Shown in pieces: positions 48,604 through 58,583 of a stretch of 64,000 nucleotides of DNA; positions within the stretch are counted from its first letter, which is position 1; every line of letters begins with the position of its first letter. This stretch comes from Oligoflexia bacterium (lineage in GTDB: Bacteria; Bdellovibrionota; Bdellovibrionia; JABDDW01). The stretch spans positions 31,635 to 95,634 of the forward strand of contig JAHFAE010000001.1 in NCBI GenBank assembly GCA_023250675.1, written 5' to 3'. Both the position numbers and the translations under genes were made by a program. Below the pieces are notes generated by a model. The model made no database searches, was not told the DNA's origin, and was given only the letters and a program-made list of their open reading frames with translations.

Positions 48604-49644
48604 ATGCAGAGTTTAAAACGGTGGGGATTTGTTGGCCTTTTAGTTTTGCTGGGAATAGAAATACTGACCTTAGCTCCGAAAAAACTGGGCCCAGGTCAAG
48701 ATGAGGCGGCAATATCAAAGTCAGTTCAAGAGGCAGAAATTCTTCCACAAACAAAACCAAGTCAATCGCCTCATTCAACGGTAACGACGATGTCCCAAGT
48801 GATGCGCGGAGTGCATCTTGTTGAAACAGGGCAGGGAAGAAAAGAATGGGAGCTTGATTCAGACTATGCCCAAGGTTTTAAAGACAAGGGAATATGGAAG
48901 CTAAAAGGGGTTCACGTGAAGTTTTTTGGTAGTTCCGAAACAACATACACTGTCACCGGAGATTCGGGATCTATAGAAACTGAAACGAAAAATATGGAAA
49001 TCGAAGGAAACGTAGTGACGACCACCACAGATGGATACTTATTCAAATCAAAGTCTCTACATTATACGAGCAATCCTAGAACTTTGGTTTCAGACGACGA
49101 CGTTTTTATTGTAGGGCCAAAAGAAATAGATGGTCAATTTGAAGTTTCAGGTAAAGGCCTCAACGCCGAATTGGATTCAAATATCATGAGTCTCAAAAAA
49201 AATGTGCACGCTGTAAAATCCATTTCCCCTGGAAAGACAATGACCATTCGATCCAACTGGGCACGCGTTAATAGCAAGAATAGCGAAGCTCATTTTGAAG
49301 ATGATGTCCAAGTAGATATTGAAAATATGAGAATGACTGGCAGTAAAGCTGATTTTGAATATGAGCAAAAAACTCATTTGTTGAGATCTCTTAATATGGT
49401 CGGGAACGTGAAAGTTACTGATCAAAATCATTGGGCTTCGTCTAAACGCGCTCAAGTATTATTTGCTTCCAATGAATTTATTCTCACTGGAGAACCTCGG
49501 GTCATACAAGATGACAACGAACTAAGGGGAACAGAAATTCGATTTATCAATGGCGGAAAAGAAGTGCGAGTGTCCAAAGCCCGCGCTCGTGTCGACAATA
49601 ACGAAGTTGAAGAGCGCAAAAACAAAAAGGCGGTAGATCAGTGA
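48604..49644 (+). CDS. LptC-like membrane-anchored protein with an additional LptA/OstA-like C-terminal half (LptC-LptA fusion-like)
   Basis: N-terminal TM '[19 protein letters not shown]'. Two successive OstA-N-like segments ('[16 protein letters not shown]...KFFGS' and '[30 protein letters not shown]...ILTGEP'). Stop overlaps the lptB start. Confidence 0.55.
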   Translation: MQSLKRWGFVGLLVLLGIEILTLAPKKLGPGQDEAAISKSVQEAEILPQTKPSQSPHSTVTTMSQVMRGVHLVETGQGRKEWELDSDYAQGFKDKGIWKLKGVHVKFFGSSETTYTVTGDSGSIETETKNMEIEGNVVTTTTDGYLFKSKSLHYTSNPRTLVSDDDVFIVGPKEIDGQFEVSGKGLNAELDSNIMSLKKNVHAVKSISPGKTMTIRSNWARVNSKNSEAHFEDDVQVDIENMRMTGSKADFEYEQKTHLLRSLNMVGNVKVTDQNHWASSKRAQVLFASNEFILTGEPRVIQDDNELRGTEIRFINGGKEVRVSKARARVDNNEVEERKNKKAVDQ

Positions 49645-50363
49645 GCGTATTAGAAATTGAGAAAATTTCTAAGTCTTATAAAAAGCGCAAGGTTGTCGAC
49701 GAGGTGAGCTTTAATGTGAATTCAGGTCAGATCGTGGGGCTTTTGGGTCCTAACGGTGCAGGCAAGACTACGAGTTTCTATATGGTTGTTGGTTTGATCA
49801 AACCAGATTCTGGCGACATCAAGGTTGATAGTAAAAGCATAGGTCGTCAGCCCATGTACCAGAGGGCCCGAATGGGTGTCAGTTATTTGCCCCAAGAACC
49901 CAGCGTATTTCGAAAACTTACTGTAGAAGATAATATTATGGTTGCTTTAGAGGCCCATGGCCTTGAAGGCTCTGAACGGTCTGAGCGACTAGAAGAATTG
50001 CTGACCGATTTTAAGATTCATCATGTGAGTAAGAACTACGCTTATTCTCTTTCTGGTGGGGAGCGAAGACGTGTAGAAATCGCTCGGGCGTTGGCGGGTA
50101 ACCCATCATTCTTACTCTTAGATGAACCTTTTGCAGGTATTGACCCCATTGCTGTAGGGGATATTCAAAACATTGTATCGCAATTAAAATCTAGAAATAT
50201 TGGAATATTGATCACAGACCACAACGTGAGAGAAACTCTTCGTATTTGTGATCGGGGCTACATATTAAAAGAAGGAAAAATCCAGGTAACAGGAACAGCA
50301 AAAGAAATTGCCCAATCACCCATCGCTCGAAAATTTTATCTCGGTGAAAACTTTGATTTGTAA
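49641..50363 (+). CDS. lptB: LPS export ABC transporter ATPase
   Basis: Walker A 'GPNGAGKTT', signature '[15 protein letters not shown]', Walker B '[11 protein letters not shown]'. Confidence 0.9.
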   Translation: MSVLEIEKISKSYKKRKVVDEVSFNVNSGQIVGLLGPNGAGKTTSFYMVVGLIKPDSGDIKVDSKSIGRQPMYQRARMGVSYLPQEPSVFRKLTVEDNIMVALEAHGLEGSERSERLEELLTDFKIHHVSKNYAYSLSGGERRRVEIARALAGNPSFLLLDEPFAGIDPIAVGDIQNIVSQLKSRNIGILITDHNVRETLRICDRGYILKEGKIQVTGTAKEIAQSPIARKFYLGENFDL

Positions 50364-50378
50364 AAGGCAGAAGATTTA

Positions 50379-51821
50379 ATGGCATTAGAATTAAAACAGG
50401 GTTTGAGACTTTCTCAGCAGCTGCGTATGACTCCGCAGCTACAGCAAGCAATTAAACTATTGCAACTTTCTCGACTTGAGCTCGAACAAACAATCACCAA
50501 GGAGATGGAAGAAAACCCCATTTTAGAAGAAGCAGTTGAAACGGCAGACGATGATGCGGCGGCTAAAGAAACTGAACAATTAGATATGGCTGAAGACGAA
50601 GCAGCCCCCCCTCCGGCAGCCGACGACAATAAAAAAGAAGAATTCGAATGGGAAAACTATGTCGAAGATAATTTTAGACAATCGGCTGGCCAATCCAACT
50701 TGCGAAACATTGAAGAAGTGCAAAATTATGAAAATATGATCACTCGCCACGAGAGCCTTCAAGAATATCTTATTTGGCAGATAAAGCTTTCAGGGTTTAG
50801 CGAAGAAGAAGAACGAATTGGCATTAAGATCATTGGCAACATTGATGATGATGGGTATATCAAGACGCCATTAGCTGAAATCTGCCCTGAAGAGAATCTT
50901 CCTGAAGAAGAAGTTCTTAGCTTTCTTGAACTCATTCAAGAATTTGACCCGCCAGGTATTGGTGCGAGGGATCTTCAAGAGTGTCTTTTGATTCAAGCCA
51001 AAGTCTTAGGCGAAGATACAAATGATATGGTTCATATCATCAAGAATCATATGAAAGATTTAGAGAAAAAGAATTTTGAAGGTATAGCCAGGGCCACGGG
51101 CAAGCCTTTGCAAGAAGTTATTGAAATCTGCAAAATGATTTTTGAGATGGAGCCAAAACCGGGCCGTAGTTTTGCCCTCAGTGAAACTCAGTATGTGACA
51201 CCTGACGTGTATGTTTATAAAGTCGGTGAAGAGTATGTGGTTTCTCTAAATGAAGATGGACTACCTCGACTCAAAATCAGCAATTTTTATAAGAATGTCT
51301 TGTCGGGTAAAGAATCCAGCAATGTAACAAAAGAATATATTCAAGAAAAATTACGATCGGCAGTTTGGTTAATCAAATCAATTCACCAAAGACAACGAAC
51401 AATTTATAAAGTTACCGAGAGTATAGTTCGATATCAGCGTGATTTTTTAGACAAGGGTTTGGAATTTCTTAAACCTATGATACTTAGAGACATTGCCAAT
51501 GACATCGGTATGCACGAGTCGACCGTGAGTCGTGTTACCACATCAAAATATGTTCATACCCCCCGCGGAATTTTTGAGCTCAAGTATTTCTTTAACAGTG
51601 GAATAAACAAAACTGACGGTGAGTCCTTAGCCAGTGAGTCGGTGAAAGAAAAAATAAAAGAACTTGTTTCGCAAGAAGACATAAAAAATCCGTATTCAGA
51701 TCAAAAGATTGTGGAATTCCTAAGAACTCAATCGGGCATAGATATAGCACGGCGCACCGTAGCTAAATACAGAGATATTCTGGGAATTTTGCCTAGCAGT
51801 AAACGAAAAAAATATTTTTAA
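50379..51821 (+). CDS. rpoN: RNA polymerase sigma-54 factor
   Basis: N-terminal Gln/Leu-rich region I, acidic region II, C-terminal HTH 'ESTVSRVT' and RpoN box 'ARRTVAKYR'. Confidence 0.95.
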   Translation: MALELKQGLRLSQQLRMTPQLQQAIKLLQLSRLELEQTITKEMEENPILEEAVETADDDAAAKETEQLDMAEDEAAPPPAADDNKKEEFEWENYVEDNFRQSAGQSNLRNIEEVQNYENMITRHESLQEYLIWQIKLSGFSEEEERIGIKIIGNIDDDGYIKTPLAEICPEENLPEEEVLSFLELIQEFDPPGIGARDLQECLLIQAKVLGEDTNDMVHIIKNHMKDLEKKNFEGIARATGKPLQEVIEICKMIFEMEPKPGRSFALSETQYVTPDVYVYKVGEEYVVSLNEDGLPRLKISNFYKNVLSGKESSNVTKEYIQEKLRSAVWLIKSIHQRQRTIYKVTESIVRYQRDFLDKGLEFLKPMILRDIANDIGMHESTVSRVTTSKYVHTPRGIFELKYFFNSGINKTDGESLASESVKEKIKELVSQEDIKNPYSDQKIVEFLRTQSGIDIARRTVAKYRDILGILPSSKRKKYF

Positions 51822-51901
51822 CTTGCCCCTTGATAAGGGGATTAGTTGCTACCAAATTGATACCGATGTTTCTTGTCCCACCGAGCTTAGAGGAGGTCCA
51901 A

Positions 51902-52264
51902 ATGCAAACCAAATTTACTTTTAAACATATGGAGCCATCAGATTCTATTATCGAACACGCCCAGGAGCGAATCATGCGGCTTGACAAGTACGCTCTTCGC
52001 AAGGAAGAAAAAGTGCATTTTATATTTAGTATTCAAAAGCACGTGCAGGTTGCAGAAATTATTATTGACGCTGGGTCAGTGCATTTTACAGCTGTGGCTA
52101 AAGATGAAAAACTTCTGGCAGCTATCGATTACGCCATTGATAAGTTAGAGAGACAATTTATTAAACATAAAGAAAAAGTCCAAAACCATAAGGACTTTGA
52201 CCAAAGCAATGAAGGTATTCTTACCCAGCAAATCGCTGATATTAACAAACGAAACGCGGGCTAA
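51902..52264 (+). CDS. hpf: Ribosome hibernation promoting factor (short form)
   Basis: 'MQTKFTFKHMEPSDSIIEHAQERIMRLDKY...'. RBS 'AGAGGAGG' upstream of the trimmed start. Confidence 0.8.
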   Translation: MQTKFTFKHMEPSDSIIEHAQERIMRLDKYALRKEEKVHFIFSIQKHVQVAEIIIDAGSVHFTAVAKDEKLLAAIDYAIDKLERQFIKHKEKVQNHKDFDQSNEGILTQQIADINKRNAG

Positions 52265-52275
52265 CGAATTTTCAT

Positions 52276-52309
52276 GCAGCGAGGCTCTTTTTTGAGGGCC
52301 CCTCGCTGC
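52276..52309 (+). terminator. GC-rich hairpin downstream of hpf (putative terminator)
   Basis: GCAGCGAGG ... CCTCGCTGC inverted repeat. No strong T tract follows. Confidence 0.4.
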
Positions 52310-52488
52310 CGATTTCTAAATTAAGAAATGCCCTTTATCTGGTGCCATTCAGCCTAAAGTAGAGCATACCCTGTCGGAACTATCTTTATTTCTATACCAA
52401 GGTAAAGAATCTGAAAATTATTTTTACACTATTCTAAAAAATTCCGAAGTGTCCCCTAGAGAGTAATCATCAAGGAGGAACTTCGAAG

Positions 52489-52968
52489 ATGGAATTTTTC
52501 AGATCGTTGCAATTCTTTATATTTTCCCTGACTTTGACAATATTGTGGAGTGGTCAGAGTTATGCATTCGACTTTGGGCTTGCTTCAGATTTTCATGCCG
52601 TAAGAACCAACGACACGGCCCTCACTGCTGCCCAGGAGTTCGGTCATATCATGCTCCAGGAGTATCTCATTATGGAGAGCCAGGGGAACTCGACAACTTA
52701 CGCCCTTGCAGCCAATTTAAAAGCTACAGTCAGTGGGGGAATACGAGACGGCTTTCACGTGGGTGGTGGTATGGGCCTAAGATCCACATCGGGACGTAGA
52801 AGCGATACCTATTTCAACGGTATCTTAGGGTTTCACTTTGAACCTGCATCCCGAGTTTCAGTACATGTGGACGGAGGCATTAGCTTTGCAAACGACAACA
52901 ATAATAGTTCAGTTCAGATTGGCGGCGATTCGGCCCTCTGGGGCGTAAGTTTACTTTATCACCTTTAA
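52489..52968 (+). CDS. Small outer-membrane beta-barrel protein
   Basis: Signal peptide, short amphipathic strands, C-terminal 'VSLLYHL'. Confidence 0.45.
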   Translation: MEFFRSLQFFIFSLTLTILWSGQSYAFDFGLASDFHAVRTNDTALTAAQEFGHIMLQEYLIMESQGNSTTYALAANLKATVSGGIRDGFHVGGGMGLRSTSGRRSDTYFNGILGFHFEPASRVSVHVDGGISFANDNNNSSVQIGGDSALWGVSLLYHL

Positions 52969-53062
52969 AAGATAGACGCTCAAACACTGCGCCGTTGCGG
53001 CTTTTCTATTGACCAAATCCTGGAAATTGCAATAGATTTTACATTTCAACACAGGAGAAATC

Positions 53063-54229
53063 ATGTCCTATAGCGGGCCAAAAGATTATTACTTTACAAG
53101 CGAGTCGGTGACCGAAGGGCATCCCGACAAAGTAGCTGACCAAATCAGCGACTCGGTTTTAGATGCCATTCTGGCAAAAGACCCTAAAGCACGGGTTGCA
53201 TGTGAAACCTTAGTAACAACGGGTGTTGCATTTATTTCTGGAGAAATCACGACCAACGCTTACGTTGACTTTCCCGAAACCGTACGCAAAGTGATTAAGG
53301 GAATTGGCTACGATAATTCTGAATTGGGTTTTGACGGAAATTCTTGCTCTGTGCTGACGAGCATTGGCCGCCAGTCTCCTGATATTGCAATGGGTGTTGA
53401 TAGCAAAGATGATAAAGAGCAAGGTGCCGGCGATCAGGGAATGATGTTTGGCTACGCCATAAATGAAACTCCCGAACTGATGCCATTGACTATTAGTCTT
53501 GCTCATAAATTGACGAGACGCCTGGCCGAAGCTAGAAAAAACGGAGAGCTTAAATATTTACGACCCGATGGTAAAAGCCAAGTCACTATTGAATATAAAG
53601 GCGGCAAAGCCGTAAGGGCTGATTCGGTGGTTGTTTCCACTCAGCATAATCCCGACGTGACGCTTAATAAAATTCGCGATGATGTAATAGAAAATGTTAT
53701 TAAAAAAGCAATTCCTCCTCAATGGCTCGACAGTAAAACAAAGATCTATGTGAATCCCACAGGCCGATTTGTTGTGGGTGGACCACAAGGTGACGCTGGG
53801 TTAACGGGTCGAAAAATCATTGTTGATACTTATGGAGGCCATGGGGGCCACGGGGGCGGAGCTTTTTCTGGTAAAGATCCATCCAAAGTTGATCGCTCAG
53901 CATGCTATGCAGCCCGACATTTGGCTAAGAATGTGGTAGCCAGCGGATTAGCGGACCGATGTCTGATTCAAGTTGCTTACGCCATTGGTGTGGCTCAGCC
54001 CATGAGTGTTTTTGTCGACACTTTTGGCACAGAAAAAGTCGCTGTTGAAAAAATAAACAAAGCAGTAAAAGAATTATGGGATTTGCGGCCGGCGGCTATT
54101 ATTAAGTATTATGATTTATTAAAACCGCGGTATTTACCCACGGCGACCTACGGACATTTTGGAAGAACAGAAGAAAGTTTCACATGGGAAAAGACCGAGC
54201 GAGCCGACGCCCTAAAAAAACTCGTGTAA
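53063..54229 (+). CDS. metK: S-adenosylmethionine synthetase
   Basis: '[13 protein letters not shown]' and '[22 protein letters not shown]' (Gly-rich loop). Confidence 0.95.
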   Translation: MSYSGPKDYYFTSESVTEGHPDKVADQISDSVLDAILAKDPKARVACETLVTTGVAFISGEITTNAYVDFPETVRKVIKGIGYDNSELGFDGNSCSVLTSIGRQSPDIAMGVDSKDDKEQGAGDQGMMFGYAINETPELMPLTISLAHKLTRRLAEARKNGELKYLRPDGKSQVTIEYKGGKAVRADSVVVSTQHNPDVTLNKIRDDVIENVIKKAIPPQWLDSKTKIYVNPTGRFVVGGPQGDAGLTGRKIIVDTYGGHGGHGGGAFSGKDPSKVDRSACYAARHLAKNVVASGLADRCLIQVAYAIGVAQPMSVFVDTFGTEKVAVEKINKAVKELWDLRPAAIIKYYDLLKPRYLPTATYGHFGRTEESFTWEKTERADALKKLV

Positions 54230-54255
54230 GTTATAAACATAAATCGGAGAAGAAA

Positions 54256-55515
54256 ATGGTACAGGATTACAAAGTCAAAGACATTTCTCTAGCTGAAGAA
54301 GGCAGACTTGACATTCAGTGGGCCGAAAGCCGCATGCCCGTTTTGATGGAATTTCGACGTGAATTCAGTAAATCAAAACCATTGGCAGGTCAGCGCATTG
54401 CCGGTTGCTTGCATGTGACCAAAGAAACCGCCGTTCTCATTGAAACATTAGAAGCGGTAGGTGCCAAAGTGAGTTGGTCGGGTTGTAATCCTCTTTCCAC
54501 CAACGACGCTGTGGCTGCGGCTTTAGCAAAGGCCGGGATAAGCATTTATGCTTGGCATGGCATGAATCGCGATGAATTTTATTGGTGCATCGAGAAAACT
54601 TTAGAATTCAAACCGACATTAACATTAGATGACGGTGCAGATTTAATTATGTCTGTTCACACAAGACGAAAAGAATTTATGGCAGATATAATTGGTGGGA
54701 CTGAAGAAACAACCACCGGTGTTCATCGCCTACGATCCATGGCTCGTGAAAAAGCATTGAAGTACCCGGTCATTGCTATCAATGATGCTGAAACTAAGTG
54801 GGATTTTGATAATGTCTACGGTACCGGCCAATCTAGTTGGGACGGTGTTATTCGAGCAACCAGTGTTTTAATTGCTGGCAAAACATTTGTGTCGGCTGGT
54901 TATGGCCATTGCGGTAAGGGCTGTTCAGAGCGCGCCAAAGGAATGGGCGCTAATGTTATCGTCACTGAAATAAAACCAACAGCGGCTTTGAAGGCCACTT
55001 TAGATGGTCACCGCGTGATGAAGATGGATGAAGCTGCAAGACACGGTGACATTTTCATTACAGCCACCGGGATGAAAGATGTTTTAGTGAAGCGACACTT
55101 TGAGATGATGAAAGATGGCGCGATCATTTGTAATACAGGCCATTACGATTGCGAAATCAATATTCCTGACCTTGAGAATTTGTCGACGAGCAAGCGCACC
55201 ATTCGCGCCAATTGCGAAGAATACACGATGAAAAATGGTCGTCGCATATTTTTGCTAGCACAAGGCCGGCTCGTCAATCTGGCCGCTGCCGAAGGTCACC
55301 CCAGCGAAGTGATGGACATGAGCTTTGCCAACCAATTCTTAGGCATGGTGAAACTCGCTAAAGATGGTAAGTCCATGGCAGCGGGCGTTCACGATATTGA
55401 TCCCGCCCAAGATCAAATGCTTGCTCTGACAAAATTGAAAACCATGGGCATGAACATCGATAAATGGACGCCCGAGCAAGCTAAGTATGCCAATGCATAT
55501 TTAGAGGGTACTTGA
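54256..55515 (+). CDS. ahcY: Adenosylhomocysteinase
   Basis: 'DYKVKDISLAEEGR', NAD-binding 'GYGHCGKG', 'NTGHYDCEI'. Start trimmed to the ATG at 54256. Confidence 0.95.
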   Translation: MVQDYKVKDISLAEEGRLDIQWAESRMPVLMEFRREFSKSKPLAGQRIAGCLHVTKETAVLIETLEAVGAKVSWSGCNPLSTNDAVAAALAKAGISIYAWHGMNRDEFYWCIEKTLEFKPTLTLDDGADLIMSVHTRRKEFMADIIGGTEETTTGVHRLRSMAREKALKYPVIAINDAETKWDFDNVYGTGQSSWDGVIRATSVLIAGKTFVSAGYGHCGKGCSERAKGMGANVIVTEIKPTAALKATLDGHRVMKMDEAARHGDIFITATGMKDVLVKRHFEMMKDGAIICNTGHYDCEINIPDLENLSTSKRTIRANCEEYTMKNGRRIFLLAQGRLVNLAAAEGHPSEVMDMSFANQFLGMVKLAKDGKSMAAGVHDIDPAQDQMLALTKLKTMGMNIDKWTPEQAKYANAYLEGT

Positions 55516-55571
55516 GGCGAAGTACGGCCATAGTATTCTGACGTACTTCACCCAAATGTCCTTAATTTAAT

Positions 55572-56144
55572 TTAATTTAATTGTTTGAGCGTTTGTTCAA
55601 GGCGATTAGCAAATTTAGTAATATCGGCAACGGCAATATTTTCATCTGAAACAACTCTTAGTCCAATCGTTCTGGCTTCTTTAAAGCGACGAAGTGGATT
55701 CAAAAAATGAACAGACTTCATCAAGTAACCGGCGGTTAATTCAGCCACACCCATACCAGGGAATCCCCAATAAAAAAGATCTGGAATTGGATCTGATGCA
55801 ATCTTACCAAGAGAAATTCCCAACGAAGCACCACCAACAAAACCCGCATAAAAACCACCCACGAGCAATCCAACATCTATTACGAGGACTCCAGCGCCGC
55901 CGTAGTAAAGGTTATGTCGAAGTGAATTTAGTTCATAAGTTGTATAAGATCGATTACCTAAAGTTCGACAGCTGTTTTGTACCGTATCACAAAGTTCAAA
56001 AGTGACTTTTTGGTCATTCGAAGTGACCTTTAGAAATCGAGTTTCTGAAGGATTTTTTGGTTTTACGTCTGCAAAACCTACATTGTTATTGAAAGAAATA
56101 ATGAAAAATAAACTGAGAAGGACCGAAATTCGTAATAGGTTCAT
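55572..56144 (-). CDS. Hypothetical secreted protein with a glycine-zipper-like hydrophobic segment
   Basis: Signal peptide and 'GGAGVLVIDVGLLVGGFYAGFVGGASLGISLG'. Confidence 0.4.
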   Translation of the reverse strand: MNLLRISVLLSLFFIISFNNNVGFADVKPKNPSETRFLKVTSNDQKVTFELCDTVQNSCRTLGNRSYTTYELNSLRHNLYYGGAGVLVIDVGLLVGGFYAGFVGGASLGISLGKIASDPIPDLFYWGFPGMGVAELTAGYLMKSVHFLNPLRRFKEARTIGLRVVSDENIAVADITKFANRLEQTLKQLN

Positions 56145-56261
56145 AATATATTCTCCTTAAAAAAGACTATGGAGAACTTTAGCAACATCTGTACCCAAGC
56201 CCAGGAGTAAGCTTGATCTACTTAACATTTGATGGCGGAAGGAGCTTCGTTAACCAGTGAA

Positions 56262-56639
56262 TTAAAGCCGACAGGAAAGACTAACGAATTTACCCTTAAC
56301 AGGTACCGACAAACTAATCGGGGCCCCGACAACGGTGCTCGCAGCTGGCAGATAAACTATGCCAGATGGATCATCCTGGCTAGGGTCGATGATAAAGCAT
56401 TGAAACTCGTCTTCCTTTCCCGGGGTTCCTTTCGGTACAACACAAACAAACTCAATTCCAGATTCCGGTTCAATGAACTTCTTCGTTGTTTCGACTGATG
56501 TATCCATGGTAAAACGTCCAATAGTTGACATGATTATAGTTGACCCGCTAGCCACATTGACCGCTTCGCAGTCATACTTAGCTCCAAATACAGAGCCACA
56601 AAAAAGTAAAGTGCCAAAAAAGAAAGCAGTAAATCGCAT
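56262..56639 (-). CDS. Small secreted Cys-containing protein
   Basis: Signal peptide 'MRFTAFFFGTLLFCGSVFG'; 125 aa. Confidence 0.4.
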   Translation of the reverse strand: MRFTAFFFGTLLFCGSVFGAKYDCEAVNVASGSTIIMSTIGRFTMDTSVETTKKFIEPESGIEFVCVVPKGTPGKEDEFQCFIIDPSQDDPSGIVYLPAASTVVGAPISLSVPVKGKFVSLSCRL

Positions 56640-56777
56640 GGTCTACCTCCTGAGAAGAATGATTCTTAGCTGGCATGGGAATCAGAGTCAATAAACCTAA
56701 TAATTTCGAACTGGAACTCGGCATCTATGACAAGGGCAGTGGTAGCTACCACTTCTCAAACATTCCCAAGAGATTCG

Positions 56778-56836
56778 GGTTTGGGGGCGGCGGCCGTGGG
56801 ACCTTCATGGGTCCCGGCCAGCCGCCCAACAAACTT
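56778..56836. repeat. GC-rich extended palindromic repeat, copy 1
   Basis: GTTTGGGGGCGGCGGCCGTGGGACC-TTCATG-GGTCCCGGCCAGCCGCCCAACAAAC, roughly 75% GC against a roughly 41% GC background. Near-identical to the copy at 58421. Confidence 0.85.
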
Positions 56837-57203
56837 TTAGTTGGGTTTTGTGGATGTCCGAGGACTATCGGCTTTGCGGTGTATTAAATCGTAGTTAAAT
56901 CGAAACAAGGAGCTCAGTGGTTAGGATTCAGTATGATGAGTGATTTTTGAATTTAGGGAAATAATTTTCATTTTCTAAAATATATTTCTTGACCGTATCC
57001 AAAATGAAAATTCGTAATCGCCTTTGAGCTTGTAGATTTTGCTGTTTAAAGATCCTCATACTTGAGGTGAAAGGTTATTTTTAAGTTTTTGATTTTTCAG
57101 AAGCCATTTATTTTCTCGCCCAGCCGTTGTCCAATACATGCGAAAAATGCTCTCGTAAATAGTGATGTTATACTCGGCCCTGTCTTTTAAAAAAGGAGTT
57201 GGT

Positions 57204-57674
57204 ATGAAATCACCCATGAATGTAATAATCGAAAAAAATAACAAAGATTTTTCTATAAGCTACCCCCTTCATAACAAAGCCCTCGAATTGGCAAAAGATT
57301 TTAAACGTCTAGAAATTGAACTCGTTGATATTATTCAAAAGATCGATGCTGCGAAAATATTTCGCAAACTCGGCTTTGCTAGTCTCTACGAATATGTAAA
57401 CCAAGGTCTCGGGTTATCAGAATCTGTAAGTTATTCACTTATTAATGTTTCAAGAAAATCAATGGCAATCCCAGAGCTGAAATCTGCCATTCAGCAGGGT
57501 AGTTTGAGCATTTCTCAGGCCAAGCGCATCACATCAGTTATCACAAACGTTAACGCGTCGACCCTTATTGCAAAAGCCAAAGTCATGACACAAAAAGAAA
57601 TTGAAAAAGAAGTGGCAAAAATTAATCCTAAGGCAGCCGTTCCTGAGAGGGCATCGGTATATCAGCGAAGATAG
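57204..57674 (+). CDS. Hypothetical protein resembling the N-terminal (DUF222-like) region of HNH-endonuclease family proteins
   Basis: 156 aa, 'FRKLGFASLYEYVNQGLGLSESVSYSLINVSR'. RBS 'GGAG' 8 nt upstream of the trimmed ATG. Confidence 0.45.
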   Translation: MKSPMNVIIEKNNKDFSISYPLHNKALELAKDFKRLEIELVDIIQKIDAAKIFRKLGFASLYEYVNQGLGLSESVSYSLINVSRKSMAIPELKSAIQQGSLSISQAKRITSVITNVNASTLIAKAKVMTQKEIEKEVAKINPKAAVPERASVYQRR

Positions 57675-57708
57675 AGTTGAACTTCGCCTTTCACTAAAAG
57701 GAGAGATT

Positions 57709-58254
57709 ATGAAAAACCTTAGACGCATTCAGGATCTGGAATGTCAACGAACCAAAACGACTTGTGATTTAGAAAAAACCTTGGAAGTCATAATCAATGA
57801 CTATATTCAAAAGCACGACGCCGTTACAAAAAGTGAAAAAGTCTTACATAAACTATCCTTAAGAACTGTAAATTCAAACGCTAACTCCAGGGCCAATACC
57901 AAAGCCGATGACAATGACAAAGACAATAATAGCAGCCAAACTCAAATTCAAAAAACCAAAATCGCTGAGAATTCTTCTAAAACTAATAATAACCACGAAG
58001 CCTCCCATCCCAAAATTAATCAGAGAGTAGCAATTTCTTCAGAAATCAAACACCAAGTGAACCAGAGAGATCAGGGCCAGTGTTGCTTTAGAAATTCTCA
58101 AGGGACAAGATGCATAAACAGGCGTTGGCTTGACGTTCATCATCGCAAACCCATTGCTAAAGGCGGCGACAATTCGTTAGAAAATCTCGTTACCCTTTGT
58201 AAGGCCCATCATCGATTACAACATGAATTCGCACCAGGATCAGTCTCCGGATAG
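57709..58254 (+). CDS. HNH endonuclease
   Basis: 'CCFRNSQGTRC...LDVHHRKPIAKGGDNSLENLVTLCKAHH' HNH/zinc-finger motif. Strong RBS 'AAAGGAGAG' upstream of the ATG at 57709. The ORF-track start at 57601 is in a different frame from the upstream gene. Confidence 0.75.
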   Translation: MKNLRRIQDLECQRTKTTCDLEKTLEVIINDYIQKHDAVTKSEKVLHKLSLRTVNSNANSRANTKADDNDKDNNSSQTQIQKTKIAENSSKTNNNHEASHPKINQRVAISSEIKHQVNQRDQGQCCFRNSQGTRCINRRWLDVHHRKPIAKGGDNSLENLVTLCKAHHRLQHEFAPGSVSG

Positions 58255-58420
58255 TCTCAAAGATTGTTAGCGCTTACTGCTATTTATATTTAGAGATTTA
58301 TTTGCAGACTTGATCGTCGACCTTAGGAACATAAGAACATCTAACCTCTACGGTAAGATATTCTTTTCATAAAAAAACACTTGAACCCAGAAAGATCTTT
58401 AATTCATACGCCAAATCTAA

Positions 58421-58476
58421 GTTGGGGGCGGCGGCCGTGGGACCTTTCAGGGGTCCCGGCCAGCCGCCCAACCAAC
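58421..58476. repeat. GC-rich extended palindromic repeat, copy 2
   Basis: GTTGGGGGCGGCGGCCGTGGGACC-TTTCAG-GGGTCCCGGCCAGCCGCCCAACCAAC, in the same orientation as copy 1. Confidence 0.85.
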
Positions 58477-58583
58477 AATTCGCGAGGGGTTGAAAACAGT
58501 TTGTTGGGCCGCGAGCGTTTAAAATTGAATTCCAAATTAATTCCGGCTATCACTTCTTAAACAATTCCATGGAGGACCAAATA

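Noticed and set aside
51830-51901. N-terminal extension of hpf ('MIRGLVATKLIPMFLVPPSLEEVQ')
   Set aside because: The HPF consensus starts at 'MQTKFTFKHME'. The extension has no RBS and a real RBS (AGAGGAGG) precedes the ATG at 51902.
55562-55582. (TTAAT)4 microsatellite between ahcY and the convergent minus-strand gene
   Set aside because: Very short, AT-rich and in a convergent 3' intergenic region. Likely incidental, though it could be slippage-prone.
56675-56887. 70-aa ORF 'MGIRVNKPNN...GFGGGGRGTFMGPGQPPNKLL'
   Set aside because: Its Gly/Pro-rich portion is simply the translation of the GC-rich palindromic repeat (copy 1). There is no RBS and it is not conserved with copy 2. Treated as spurious.
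57601-57708. Upstream extension of the HNH ORF, which would overlap the DUF222-like gene
   Set aside because: A strong RBS plus ATG at 57709 supports the shorter gene. The extension may still be a remnant of a frameshifted single gene (kept as a finding rather than a feature).
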